Positions 56,064 through 64,000 of a stretch of 64,000 nucleotides of DNA are shown in pieces. The first letter of the stretch is position 1. The number at the start of each line of letters is the position of its first letter. Position numbers and translations under genes: made by a program. Source of the stretch: Clostridia bacterium (GTDB lineage Bacteria; Bacillota; Clostridia; UBA1212; UBA1255); NCBI GenBank assembly GCA_017620915.1, contig JAFZSK010000096.1:1236-65235 (forward strand). The letters are read 5' to 3'. The notes beneath the pieces are model-generated. The model saw nothing but the letters and a program-made list of their open reading frames with translations. It searched no databases and had not been told where the DNA came from.

Positions 56064-57572
56064 ATGGAATTTGCGTCGGTACTGTTTATAGAGTTGTTTC
56101 TGCCTGTGCTGCTGATACTTTACTATCTGCCGGGGCTGTTCATAAAGACGCCGCAGACGCGCACGCGGGTGCGCAATATACTGCTGCTGGCCGCGAGCCT
56201 GCTGTTCTACGCCGTGGGCGGTCTGAAGCAGCTGGGGCTGTTTATCGGCACCATCGCGTTCAACTATATATTCGGTATATTGATCGAGCGTACGGCTGGA
56301 GAAGGCGGCGACAGCGGTGTTGATGGCAAAAAACGCGCCAAAGCTGTGTGTGCGCTCGGGATCGTGGTCAACGCCGCAGTACTGGCGCTGTTCAAGTACT
56401 TTACGCTGGCGGGCATGCTGATCGTCCGTGTGCGGGAAAGCGGCAGTTTCTTCCGCGCCGTATATATCCTTGGCAATCAGCCCGCGGCGGGCGTTTACAA
56501 CCTCGCCATGCCGCTGGCGATCTCCTTCACCACTTTCCAGTCCATCGCGTACCTTGCGGACGTGTATCAGCGCAAAGTGCACGCGAGCCGGGAGCCGCTC
56601 ACCTTTGCGCTGTTTCTGTCGCTGTTCTGCCAGCTGGTGCAGGGCCCGATAATGCGGTACGGCGAGCTGGCGCCGCAGCTGCGGGAGCGCACTGTTGACC
56701 TCGAACAGTTCCGGCTCGGGCTCAGACGGTTCTGCTACGGTATGGGTAAAAAGGTGCTGATCGCCAATACTGTTGCCGCCGCGGCCAACAAGATCTGGGG
56801 CGCCGAAAAGATCCCGGACCTGGGTTCCGGCATCGCGTGGCTGGGTCTCGTGCTGTTCACGCTGCAGATATACTACGATTTCTCCGGTTACACCGACATG
56901 GCCATCGGCATCGGCGGCATGCTGGGCTTCCGGATCAGTGAAAACTTCGATTATCCGTACACCTCGCTCTCGATACAGGAGTTCTGGCGGAGATGGCATA
57001 TCACGTTGTCCTCCTGGTTCCGCGACTATATCTACATCCCGCTGGGCGGCAGCCGCGTCCCCCTCGGCCGGATCTGCTTCAACCTGCTGGTGGTATTCTT
57101 TGTCACCGGAATATGGCACGGCGCTTCCTTGAATTTCATACTGTGGGGCCTTCTTTTCGCGCTGTTCAGCGTGCTGGAGCGGCTGTTCCTCGGAAAACTG
57201 CTTAAGAAGAATCCGGTCAAGCCGGTCAACTGGCTGTACACGCTGTTCGTGGTGATGATGGGCTGGGTGCTGTTCCGCGCGCCGAGTCTGGCCGCCGCCG
57301 TGGAGTATTTCGGTCAATTGTTCGCCTTTAAAGCCTCATCGCAGGGCTACACGGTACTCAGCTACCTGAATTTCGAAGTGATGGCGGCAATGCTCTTCGG
57401 CATTTTGCTGTGCGGCTTCGTGCAGCGGCCGCTGAAAAAGGTCAAAGAAAAACTGCAGGACAAGCCGGTGTTTCTGATCGTTGACACCGTGCTGCAGCTG
57501 GCAATACTGGCCTGGTCGCTGGTGCTGCTGGTGGCGGGTTCCTACAACCCGTCCATATACGGCAATTTCTAA
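56064..57572 (+). CDS. MBOAT-family O-acyltransferase (AlgI/DltB-like)
   Basis: 502 aa from MEFASVLF (GGAG RBS 9 nt upstream). Polytopic. MBOAT hallmark region (FW.RWHI.LS.W.RDYIYIPLGG.R and the conserved His in GIWHGAS). Confidence 0.88.
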   Translation: MEFASVLFIELFLPVLLILYYLPGLFIKTPQTRTRVRNILLLAASLLFYAVGGLKQLGLFIGTIAFNYIFGILIERTAGEGGDSGVDGKKRAKAVCALGIVVNAAVLALFKYFTLAGMLIVRVRESGSFFRAVYILGNQPAAGVYNLAMPLAISFTTFQSIAYLADVYQRKVHASREPLTFALFLSLFCQLVQGPIMRYGELAPQLRERTVDLEQFRLGLRRFCYGMGKKVLIANTVAAAANKIWGAEKIPDLGSGIAWLGLVLFTLQIYYDFSGYTDMAIGIGGMLGFRISENFDYPYTSLSIQEFWRRWHITLSSWFRDYIYIPLGGSRVPLGRICFNLLVVFFVTGIWHGASLNFILWGLLFALFSVLERLFLGKLLKKNPVKPVNWLYTLFVVMMGWVLFRAPSLAAAVEYFGQLFAFKASSQGYTVLSYLNFEVMAAMLFGILLCGFVQRPLKKVKEKLQDKPVFLIVDTVLQLAILAWSLVLLVAGSYNPSIYGNF

Positions 57573-57584
57573 GGAGGACGGACA

Positions 57585-59315
57585 ATGAACACGCACCGCA
57601 AAGTCAGTTTCAAAGCCGTACTCACCGTAGTTGCCGTCGTGCTGGCGGCGGCGGTCGTCGCCGCGCCGTGGCTGATCCACGCAGTGGCAGGGGACAACAC
57701 AAACGCCGGTGAAGACACCCTCACCGAAAAACGCGAGCTCGCCGAATTCCCGAAAGAGTTTTCCAATGACTGGTTTGCCCGCGTCGAATCGTATTTCACC
57801 GACCATTCACCGGCGCGAAACCGTCTGATCGGGCTCAAGACCGCGACGGCGCTTAAGTATGACGGCTTTTACCGCAAAAACGTGAGTCCGGTGCTGACCA
57901 ATATCGTCATCGGCAAACAGAAGCCGCAGAACGCTCAGCAGCCGGATCCGGACAATTCCGCCGGGCCGGAGGCTACCGTCGACATCGGGTTGATAATTGG
58001 TTTCGACACTCCGCGGCCTACAGAATCGCCCGCAGAAACGCCGGTAATTACCGACGCACCGACACCGACGCCTACTCCCGAATTGACCGACGCACCCACG
58101 CCCACTCCGACGCCGGAATTGACTGCCACGCCGGAGCTCACGGCCACGCCGGGTGCGACATTGCCGCCGGACGCGACCGCGGAGGCTCCGATCGTCACTG
58201 CCACACCCACGCCGGTACCGACCGCCACCCCGACGCCGAAACCTACGCCCACGCCCACGCCGAAACCCACCGCTACGCCCGCGCCGACGCCTACGCCCCA
58301 TGTGCATAACTTTACGGTGGTCAGATCCAGTACCGCGGATCTGGACAACTACGGCTACACGCTGAAGCGCTGCGCTTCCTGCGGAGAGTATTCATTGACG
58401 GATTATGTACCGAAATTGATCGATGACTCGTACCTGGCACCGGAATACGCCGGCGGCGCGATATACGGCAAGCGCGACTGGCTGTTCTACAGCGGCGACA
58501 GTTCGGAGGCGTACTATCGGGGCACGAACCTGTTGACCAGTGAAGAGATGGCTTCCTGGAGAGCCGCATTTGAAGCGCTGGATGAAGTCTGCAGGTCGAA
58601 GGGCATTGACCTTGTGATCATGGCGGCGCCGAACAAAGAGCAGATGTACCCGGAATATATGCCGAACTATAAGGTGGAGACGCAGAACAAACGGCAGGAC
58701 GTGTTTCTGAATTATATGCAGGGCAGCAGCGTGCGTTATGTCTACCCGAAGGCGGAACTGACGACAACTAAGATCTTCTACGATGTTTTCTATAAGCAGG
58801 ATACCCACTGGAACGGCCTGGGCGGCTTTACGGGGGCAATGGCGATCTACCGCGCGCTGGGCCTTCAGACTACCAACGTGTTTGAACTGGATGTGACAGA
58901 AAAGACGCGCGAAGGCGGCGACCTGTCCAACTTCAGCGGGTATAAGACAACGTACCGCGACTGGTCGTACTCGTACAAGCCCGGGATCACGACTACGGTG
59001 GAATACTTCGAGAATCATGTGACGTCGTCAAATACCGAATTGTCTCAGTTCCATGCCGACGGTGCGCTGTACGCAGACAAAAAGATCGTGGTGCTGGGCG
59101 ACTCGTTCCGGCACGGGTTGACCGCGGTGCTGAGCAAAGATTTCGGCAGATCCACGTTTGCGCACCGCAAGGAAATGGACTATCAGACGCCGGTGGTGAT
59201 GGAGGCGCTCGCGGAACTCGGACCGGGCGACGTACTCGTGCTGATGGCGGTGGAACGGTACGACGGACAACTGCCCGGCGCCGCGGATACGCTGCGGGCG
59301 ATCCTGCAAAACTGA
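57585..59315 (+). CDS. AlgJ/AlgX-like (DHHW-family, SGNH-like) protein, partner of the MBOAT acyltransferase
   Basis: 576 aa. N-terminal TM anchor, Pro/Thr-rich linker, a Cys pair (CASCGE), then KQDTHWN (the DxHW motif) and VVLGDSF. Gene order and motifs match the AlgI-AlgJ / PatA-PatB type of O-acetylation pair. Confidence 0.75.
   Translation: MNTHRKVSFKAVLTVVAVVLAAAVVAAPWLIHAVAGDNTNAGEDTLTEKRELAEFPKEFSNDWFARVESYFTDHSPARNRLIGLKTATALKYDGFYRKNVSPVLTNIVIGKQKPQNAQQPDPDNSAGPEATVDIGLIIGFDTPRPTESPAETPVITDAPTPTPTPELTDAPTPTPTPELTATPELTATPGATLPPDATAEAPIVTATPTPVPTATPTPKPTPTPTPKPTATPAPTPTPHVHNFTVVRSSTADLDNYGYTLKRCASCGEYSLTDYVPKLIDDSYLAPEYAGGAIYGKRDWLFYSGDSSEAYYRGTNLLTSEEMASWRAAFEALDEVCRSKGIDLVIMAAPNKEQMYPEYMPNYKVETQNKRQDVFLNYMQGSSVRYVYPKAELTTTKIFYDVFYKQDTHWNGLGGFTGAMAIYRALGLQTTNVFELDVTEKTREGGDLSNFSGYKTTYRDWSYSYKPGITTTVEYFENHVTSSNTELSQFHADGALYADKKIVVLGDSFRHGLTAVLSKDFGRSTFAHRKEMDYQTPVVMEALAELGPGDVLVLMAVERYDGQLPGAADTLRAILQN
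58053..58124 (+). repeat. in-frame 36-bp tandem duplication (DAPTPTPTPELT x2) in the Pro/Thr linker
   Basis: GACGCACCGACACCGACGCCTACTCCCGAATTGACC (58053-58088) and GACGCACCCACGCCCACTCCGACGCCGGAATTGACT (58089-58124). Confidence 0.85.
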
Positions 59316-59368
59316 ACGGACAATACTGAATGATCGTGATCAATTGACATAGACGGATGGTGTAAGTA

Positions 59369-60256
59369 TTGAAGAACAAACAGATCGATATCCCGCCGGA
59401 AGAGAAAAAACGCGCGGGCACGATAATTAAAGAGTACCTGATAATCACCCTGGGCGCACTGCTGATCGCGCTGGAGGTGCATGTGTTTGAGATCCCCAAC
59501 GGATTTACGATCGGCGGCGTCAGCGGCATCGGTATCGCGCTGGGCAAACTGATCGGTTTCGGGACGACCAATATCATCTCGCTCCTGAACATACTGCTGC
59601 TGATACTGGGCTTCGTTTTTCTGGGCCGGTCCTGCGGCATCCGCACGGTGTACTGCTCGCTGATCTATTCGGGGTTCCTGAAACTGCTTGACCTGGTCAT
59701 GCCAATAAAGCAGCCGCTCACCGACGAGCCGCTGCTGGAACTGTGCTGCGTCATTTTATTGACCGCCATCGGCAGCGGCCTGATCTTCCATTATGAAGCG
59801 ACCTCCGGCGGCACGGACATCATCGCCATGATCCTGAAAAAATATACGCCGCTGGACGTAGGCAAGGCGCTCCTGTGCGTGGATTTTGTGGTTTCGATCT
59901 CCGCGTTTTTCGTGTTCAGCATCAAGATCGGTCTGATCTCGGTGGTGGGCGTGTTCGTGCGCGGTTTCCTGATCGATGCGGTAGTGGAAAACTTCAACAG
60001 CTGCAAGTATTTTACGATCATTACGGACAAACCGGAAGAGATCAAAAAGTACGTGCTGGAAGACCTGTCGCGGGGGGCAACGCTCATCCGCGCGGAAGGC
60101 GCCTATACCGGTTCGGAAAAGACGGTGGTCTACACGGTGTGCCGCCGTTTTGAGGCGCGGCGCCTTCAGCAGACCGTACACCGTATCGATCCGTCCGCGT
60201 TCACAATAATCACCACGAGCAGCGAGATAATCGGGAGCGGGTTCCGACACATCTAA
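59369..60256 (+). CDS. YitT-family membrane protein (DUF2179 C-terminal domain)
   Basis: 295 aa. TTG start, the only start codon I found in frame upstream of the first TM helix. 5 TM helices plus the C-terminal GATLIRAEGAYTG....V.Y.V..R.E...L...V..IDP.AF..I...SEI.G.GF pattern. Confidence 0.8.
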   Translation: MKNKQIDIPPEEKKRAGTIIKEYLIITLGALLIALEVHVFEIPNGFTIGGVSGIGIALGKLIGFGTTNIISLLNILLLILGFVFLGRSCGIRTVYCSLIYSGFLKLLDLVMPIKQPLTDEPLLELCCVILLTAIGSGLIFHYEATSGGTDIIAMILKKYTPLDVGKALLCVDFVVSISAFFVFSIKIGLISVVGVFVRGFLIDAVVENFNSCKYFTIITDKPEEIKKYVLEDLSRGATLIRAEGAYTGSEKTVVYTVCRRFEARRLQQTVHRIDPSAFTIITTSSEIIGSGFRHI

Positions 60257-60317
60257 TTTAGTCTTTAAATAGAATTGGGAAATTAGATTTAGTGTTTTGG
60301 CAGAATTAGGGAATTGT

Positions 60318-61043
60318 ATGGAAGAAGTAAAAACCCGGACGCAGAATATCGACAAATTCAGGGTGCTCAGCGGCAGCTGGCTGAAGATAATTGCCACGGC
60401 GGCAATGCTGATCGACCACATTGCGGCAGTATTTTTGCGCAGCGATCCGGTCGCGTTGTTCACGGTCTTCGGGCGCACACTGACGCTGTACGCGCTGCTG
60501 CGGGGAATAGGCCGGATCGCGTTTCCGATATATGCGTTTCTGATCACCGAAGGGTTTATCCATACCGGTGACCGCAAGCGTTACGGCATCAGTCTGGCGC
60601 TGTTTGCGCTGATTTCCGAGGTGCCATGGGATCTGGTGCATCACGATAAATTCTTTTCGATCGCCTCACAGAATGTGTTTTTCACGCTGTTCCTGGGGTA
60701 CCTGGCGATCTGTATGGCGGAAAAATACCGGGAAAAACCGTTTATACAGGCGGCCTGGCTGATCGGCCTGCTGATCGTGTCTTTGCTGCTGCGCGCGGAT
60801 TACGGGATCAGCGGCTACTGCTTTATTGTGTTCATGTATGCGCTGCGGGAGCGCGAACTGCTGCGCGCGGTCATCGGCTGCGGCTTTTTGTCGTCGCGCT
60901 GGAAAGCCGGACTGGCTTTTATCCCGATCGCGCTGTACAACGGCAAGCGCGGCTTTATCCGCGGACCCGTGGCTAAATACTTTTTCTACGTTTTTTATCC
61001 GCTGCACCTGCTGGTGCTGTACCTGATCAAAGTGTATTGTTGA
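60318..61043 (+). CDS. TraX-family membrane protein
   Basis: From MEEVKTR. LKIIA...MLIDHI motif and the multi-TM body are typical of the TraX family. The start is uncertain (the tracked TTG at 60297 is possible). Confidence 0.75.
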   Translation: MEEVKTRTQNIDKFRVLSGSWLKIIATAAMLIDHIAAVFLRSDPVALFTVFGRTLTLYALLRGIGRIAFPIYAFLITEGFIHTGDRKRYGISLALFALISEVPWDLVHHDKFFSIASQNVFFTLFLGYLAICMAEKYREKPFIQAAWLIGLLIVSLLLRADYGISGYCFIVFMYALRERELLRAVIGCGFLSSRWKAGLAFIPIALYNGKRGFIRGPVAKYFFYVFYPLHLLVLYLIKVYC

Positions 61044-61054
61044 ACAATAATAGA

Positions 61055-61086
61055 GGCCGCGATCCCGGATAACACCGGTCGCGGCC
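61055..61086. terminator. bidirectional terminator-like hairpin between the convergent traX-like and lipase genes
   Basis: Stem GGCCGCGA (61055-61062) / TCGCGGCC (61079-61086). The flanking U-tracts are weak. Confidence 0.45.
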
Positions 61087-61119
61087 CTAACTGTCTGATT
61101 CCGGTATGATTTTATCGCG

Positions 61120-62757
61120 TCAGCTGGCCATTGCCTCCAGTCCGGAGATGTAGGAAGCGGCTTCGTGAGTAGCCAGCATGCCGGTGTAGGAGTTGTTCGG
61201 GTCGGGGGTGCGTCCTAACTGAGCCAGTGCCAGTTCCCAGCCTACGTCGGTCGCAATGTCTTTTAACGGAGCCAGGTCGCTTCGGGAAGAGATGCTGAGG
61301 ATCATCTGGACGAGTTCGTTGTCCATGATATTGGTCGTGCTGGCACCGGGCATAAACGCGGAGGCCACCGCCTGATTCATCAATTCGTACACGGTCATGC
61401 CGTCTTCCGAGAGCCCGGCTCCCTTAAGCGAATGGCGGTCATTGTAGTACGACGAGACGCTGGTGCATATCTCGGACAACCGCTGCTCGGTCTTGGTCAG
61501 CAGTTTGTTAAGGCCGGAGGCAGCATTGATGACAACGTCGTTGCCCGGACGGTAGAAGCCCATGGAACGCAGGGGGACAACGGTCACGAGATCGGCGCTG
61601 TTGACCACGTTGAATATATTGGCGGTGTAGTACGCGGGCACCTGGATGCTGTTGTCCGCGGGAGTGTGCAGCGTCAACGACGGCGCGATGGGGTAGATAT
61701 AATTCAGCGCGGTGCTGCGGGCGTCGTTGTACAGGAGGCCCAGCAGGTTTGCCACTGAACCGCCGCGGGAGTGGCCGCAGATCAGCAGCAGCGCGTCGGG
61801 GTCCTTGGAGATCGTAGACTTGGTGGCGTTGAAGATCTCATCCGCCGCGGCTTTGAAGTTCTCGGCATAGAGCGTATTGTCGGAGTGAGAGGGGGCAATA
61901 TCCACGTTGGAATACCATTCGCCGCCAACAGTGTGCAGTATCAGTATCACATACACGGTGCGGGTCTGACCGCCCATATCGATATAGCCTTTCGCGAAGG
62001 TGTACGCGGAAGTGTGAGACCGGTCGCTGGAATCTTTGCCGTAATGATTCTGGCCCAGCACAGTGAAGTTGTGGCTTTCCGTAGCGGCTTTGACCTCGGC
62101 CGCGGTCTCACCGGCACTGCTCATTTTAAGCAGCTCGAGCGCCAGCTTCGCGCTGAATTCGGTGCTGCTGGCGGGGATCGTCAGCCCTGTGATCTTGCGC
62201 ACGTTGGGGTCTTCCGTAGGCGCGGGAGTTTTAGTCGGAGCCGGAGTCTTGGTAGGTGCCGGCGTCGGAGTTTTGGTAGGTGCGGGAGTGGGCGTTTTGG
62301 TGGGCGCCGGAGTAGGTGTCTTAGTCGGGGCCGGCGTGGGCGCAGCGGTGGCAGCGGGCGTATCGGTAGGCGCAGCGGTCGGTCCTTCCGTCGGAGCCGG
62401 CGTAGATTCTTCGGTGGGGACAGCGGTCGGCTCGTTCGTGATCACAGGCGCATCTGTTAAGACCGGCGCGTCAGTTACGACCGGCGCGTCAGTTACGACC
62501 GGTGCGTCGGTGACCACGGGCGCCTCGGTCACGACCGGATCGCCGCTGGCATCCGGTGCATCGGTGACCACGGGCTCATTTGTATTGACCGGTTCGTCCG
62601 TGGGGGCGATCACCACATCATCGGTTTTGTCCGGCGTGTTCGGCGGATCCTTGACGCCGCAGGCCGCCGCGCAGAGCAGCAGCGCAAGCACGAGCAGCAG
62701 TACGCCGGCAGCTTTGATATTGAAAAGTTTATGCAGTCTGAACGATATTTTTTTCAT
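61120..62757 (-). CDS. secreted class-3-lipase-like alpha/beta hydrolase lipoprotein
   Basis: 545 aa. Signal peptide with lipobox (LLCAAAC). Long repetitive linker (APVVTD repeats, then PTPAPTKT repeats). Nucleophile elbow GHSRGG (GxSxG) in the LLICGHSRGGSVANLLG context. Confidence 0.75.
   Translation of the reverse strand: MKKISFRLHKLFNIKAAGVLLLVLALLLCAAACGVKDPPNTPDKTDDVVIAPTDEPVNTNEPVVTDAPDASGDPVVTEAPVVTDAPVVTDAPVVTDAPVLTDAPVITNEPTAVPTEESTPAPTEGPTAAPTDTPAATAAPTPAPTKTPTPAPTKTPTPAPTKTPTPAPTKTPAPTKTPAPTEDPNVRKITGLTIPASSTEFSAKLALELLKMSSAGETAAEVKAATESHNFTVLGQNHYGKDSSDRSHTSAYTFAKGYIDMGGQTRTVYVILILHTVGGEWYSNVDIAPSHSDNTLYAENFKAAADEIFNATKSTISKDPDALLLICGHSRGGSVANLLGLLYNDARSTALNYIYPIAPSLTLHTPADNSIQVPAYYTANIFNVVNSADLVTVVPLRSMGFYRPGNDVVINAASGLNKLLTKTEQRLSEICTSVSSYYNDRHSLKGAGLSEDGMTVYELMNQAVASAFMPGASTTNIMDNELVQMILSISSRSDLAPLKDIATDVGWELALAQLGRTPDPNNSYTGMLATHEAASYISGLEAMAS
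62225..62338 (-). repeat. in-frame 24-bp tandem repeats encoding (PTPAPTKT)n
   Basis: 24-bp units at 62243, 62267, 62291 and 62315, plus a partial unit from 62225. They share the GGTGTCTTAGT core with the linker repeat at 38927-38998. Confidence 0.85.
62456..62545 (-). repeat. in-frame 18-bp tandem repeats encoding (APVVTD)n
   Basis: Five units: GTTAAGACCGGCGCGTCA, GTTACGACCGGCGCGTCA, GTTACGACCGGTGCGTCG, GTGACCACGGGCGCCTCG, GTCACGACCGGATCGCCG. Confidence 0.85.
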
Positions 62758-62867
62758 GATCTTTCTCCGTTTTCCCGCGTTGCCCGAATGGGAAATTTAA
62801 TGGCTTTCAACTGCGTTTTTGGGCAGTTCTGTATTATTTTACATTATTCCGGCCTGTATTACAACAT

Positions 62868-64000
62868 TTAATTTGGCGTTTGTGCCTGTTTGCGTCTGCC
62901 CCGGAGCGTCAGGACAGCTGCCGCCGCGCCGCCCGCGGCAAGCAACGCCAGCCCCGGGATCAGCACCGCTTTCCAGGGGAACCCGGAGGAGCGGGCATTG
63001 TCCGTATCTTCCGGGCCCGGCTCGCCGGCGTACAGTTCGATGCCCGCGATGGTTTTGTCCGCGGTATTGCTGCCGAGGTTCAGCCAGAGCAGTTTGACGT
63101 AGCGGTAATTGCCTGAAAGCGCTTCGGTGACCACGGGTCTGTCCCCGGTATAAACGATGTTGGCGCCGCGCAGCGTGGCGTCCGCCAGGATGGTCCAGTC
63201 ACTGCCGTCTTTCGAGCCCTCTATGCGGTAGCGGGGTATGAGGGCATTGTCGCCGACGCGGATGTTGATGCCGGAGAGCCCTTTGAGTTCGTTAAGATCC
63301 ATCAGGATCGTCTGGCTGCCGATGGGCGCGAACGGGATCCACAACGTCGAATCATCATTGTCGAACAGTGCGTCCACGGTGTCGGAGGCGTTGCCGGCGG
63401 CATCATAAATATAGCTGCCCGAACTTTTGACCTTCGGGATCTGCAGGTCGCCCGCGTATTCCGGCAGCGCGTCCGGTTCCTGCGCGAGCCACGCGGCGGC
63501 TTCGTAGGCGGCGGCCCAGTTGCCGGAGACATTGTTGAATGTTACGCGCAGATACCTGCAGGTGTATTCTGCGCCCAGCCGGCGCGTGAACAGGGAAGTG
63601 TCGCTGATGTACGAGGCGGGTTCGTTGTCGCCGCGGTATATTTCGCGCCAGTTTGCGCCGTCATCGGAGATCTCCAGCACGTAGCTGATGCTGCCGGTAC
63701 CGCGGTACATGTTCAGGGAGAAGGTGTTGAAGCTCCGCGCTTCGGGCAGTTCATACCACAGGCTTTGCGGGAACTCGGGGTTGGAGGCGCACCACCAGGT
63801 GGCGGGGTCGCCGTCGATCGTCCGCGCCGCGCCGAAGTCCGCGCCGCTTCGGCTGGAGGCCTCCGCGTTCGCGCCGGTCAAAATGTTGGCGCCGCGGCGG
63901 TTGGCAGCCGCGATCGCGTCCGCTTCGGAGCCGGTAAGCCCGGCGAGGATACTGTCGGTGTACGCCTTTTCGGTCTTGTATGCGCCGAGTTCACGGCTCG
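62868..64000 (-). CDS. discoidin (F5/8 type C) domain protein with C-terminal TM anchor; 5' end outside the window
   Basis: The tracked ORF starts at a TTG at 63881, but the frame stays open to position 64000 (...RELGAYKTEKAYTDSILAGLTGSEADAIAAANRRGANIL-TGANAE...), so the gene is N-terminally truncated by the window. It has two F5/8-type-C-like modules (TIDGDPATWW..., LFDNDDSTLWIP...) and a C-terminal hydrophobic helix plus basic tail (VLIPGLALLAAGGAAAAVLTLRGRRKQ). Confidence 0.7.
   Translation of the reverse strand, partial: SRELGAYKTEKAYTDSILAGLTGSEADAIAAANRRGANILTGANAEASSRSGADFGAARTIDGDPATWWCASNPEFPQSLWYELPEARSFNTFSLNMYRGTGSISYVLEISDDGANWREIYRGDNEPASYISDTSLFTRRLGAEYTCRYLRVTFNNVSGNWAAAYEAAAWLAQEPDALPEYAGDLQIPKVKSSGSYIYDAAGNASDTVDALFDNDDSTLWIPFAPIGSQTILMDLNELKGLSGINIRVGDNALIPRYRIEGSKDGSDWTILADATLRGANIVYTGDRPVVTEALSGNYRYVKLLWLNLGSNTADKTIAGIELYAGEPGPEDTDNARSSGFPWKAVLIPGLALLAAGGAAAAVLTLRGRRKQAQTPN

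Noticed and set aside
60251-60288. A/T-rich 9-bp-stem hairpin (ATCTAATTT / AAATTAGAT) overlapping the YitT stop codon, considered as a terminator
   Set aside because: The stem is weak and entirely A/T plus one G-C, the loop is 20 nt, and the downstream tract (TTAGTGTTTT) is only modestly U-rich. I could not distinguish a terminator from chance, so I left it unannotated.

Overview
This is a GC-rich bacterial chromosomal segment. Its gene content and synteny look Firmicutes/Clostridia-like: whiA, comEC-holA, clpC-radA, helD, a CarD-family regulator, ROK glucokinase, tsaE-tsaB-rimI and rplM-rpsI. I call 49 protein-coding genes. One is cut by the right window edge, and one is a 32-codon small ORF missing from the supplied track. 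Most genes are housekeeping: smpB, a fucO-type Fe-alcohol dehydrogenase, trpS, uvrB-uvrA, two Hsp100/Clp ATPases, helD, whiA, comEC, holA, rsmE, radA, galK, truA, glucokinase, rplM/rpsI, tsaEB/rimI, ilvE and htpG. I saw no rRNA, tRNA, CRISPR array, transposase, integrase, or recognisable defence or toxin gene. Four parts look accessory. (a) A visibly more A/T-rich 1152-aa secreted multi-domain protein with a trailing small ORF. (b) An ECF sigma factor with a 923-aa anti-sigma-like membrane protein. (c) A surface-modification block (MFS, MBOAT, DHHW/AlgJ-like, YitT, TraX) followed by a secreted lipase and a discoidin-domain protein. (d) Two DUF-type glycan-hydrolase-like lipoproteins. The most unusual signals are non-coding. 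They are a 53-bp-period tandem array of identical 13-bp-stem hairpins upstream of rplM, in-phase heptanucleotide arrays in inverted orientation bracketing the MFS gene, a 78-nt helix-plus-three-palindromes element upstream of comEC, and a 19-bp perfect inverted-repeat pair enclosing 366 bp upstream of smpB. I cannot demonstrate a complete new multi-gene system from sequence alone. The hairpin array (a possible structured RNA or sponge-like sRNA) and the heptamer-bracketed transporter cassette are the best candidates for something undescribed. All family assignments come from motif and sequence recognition by eye, not from database searches.
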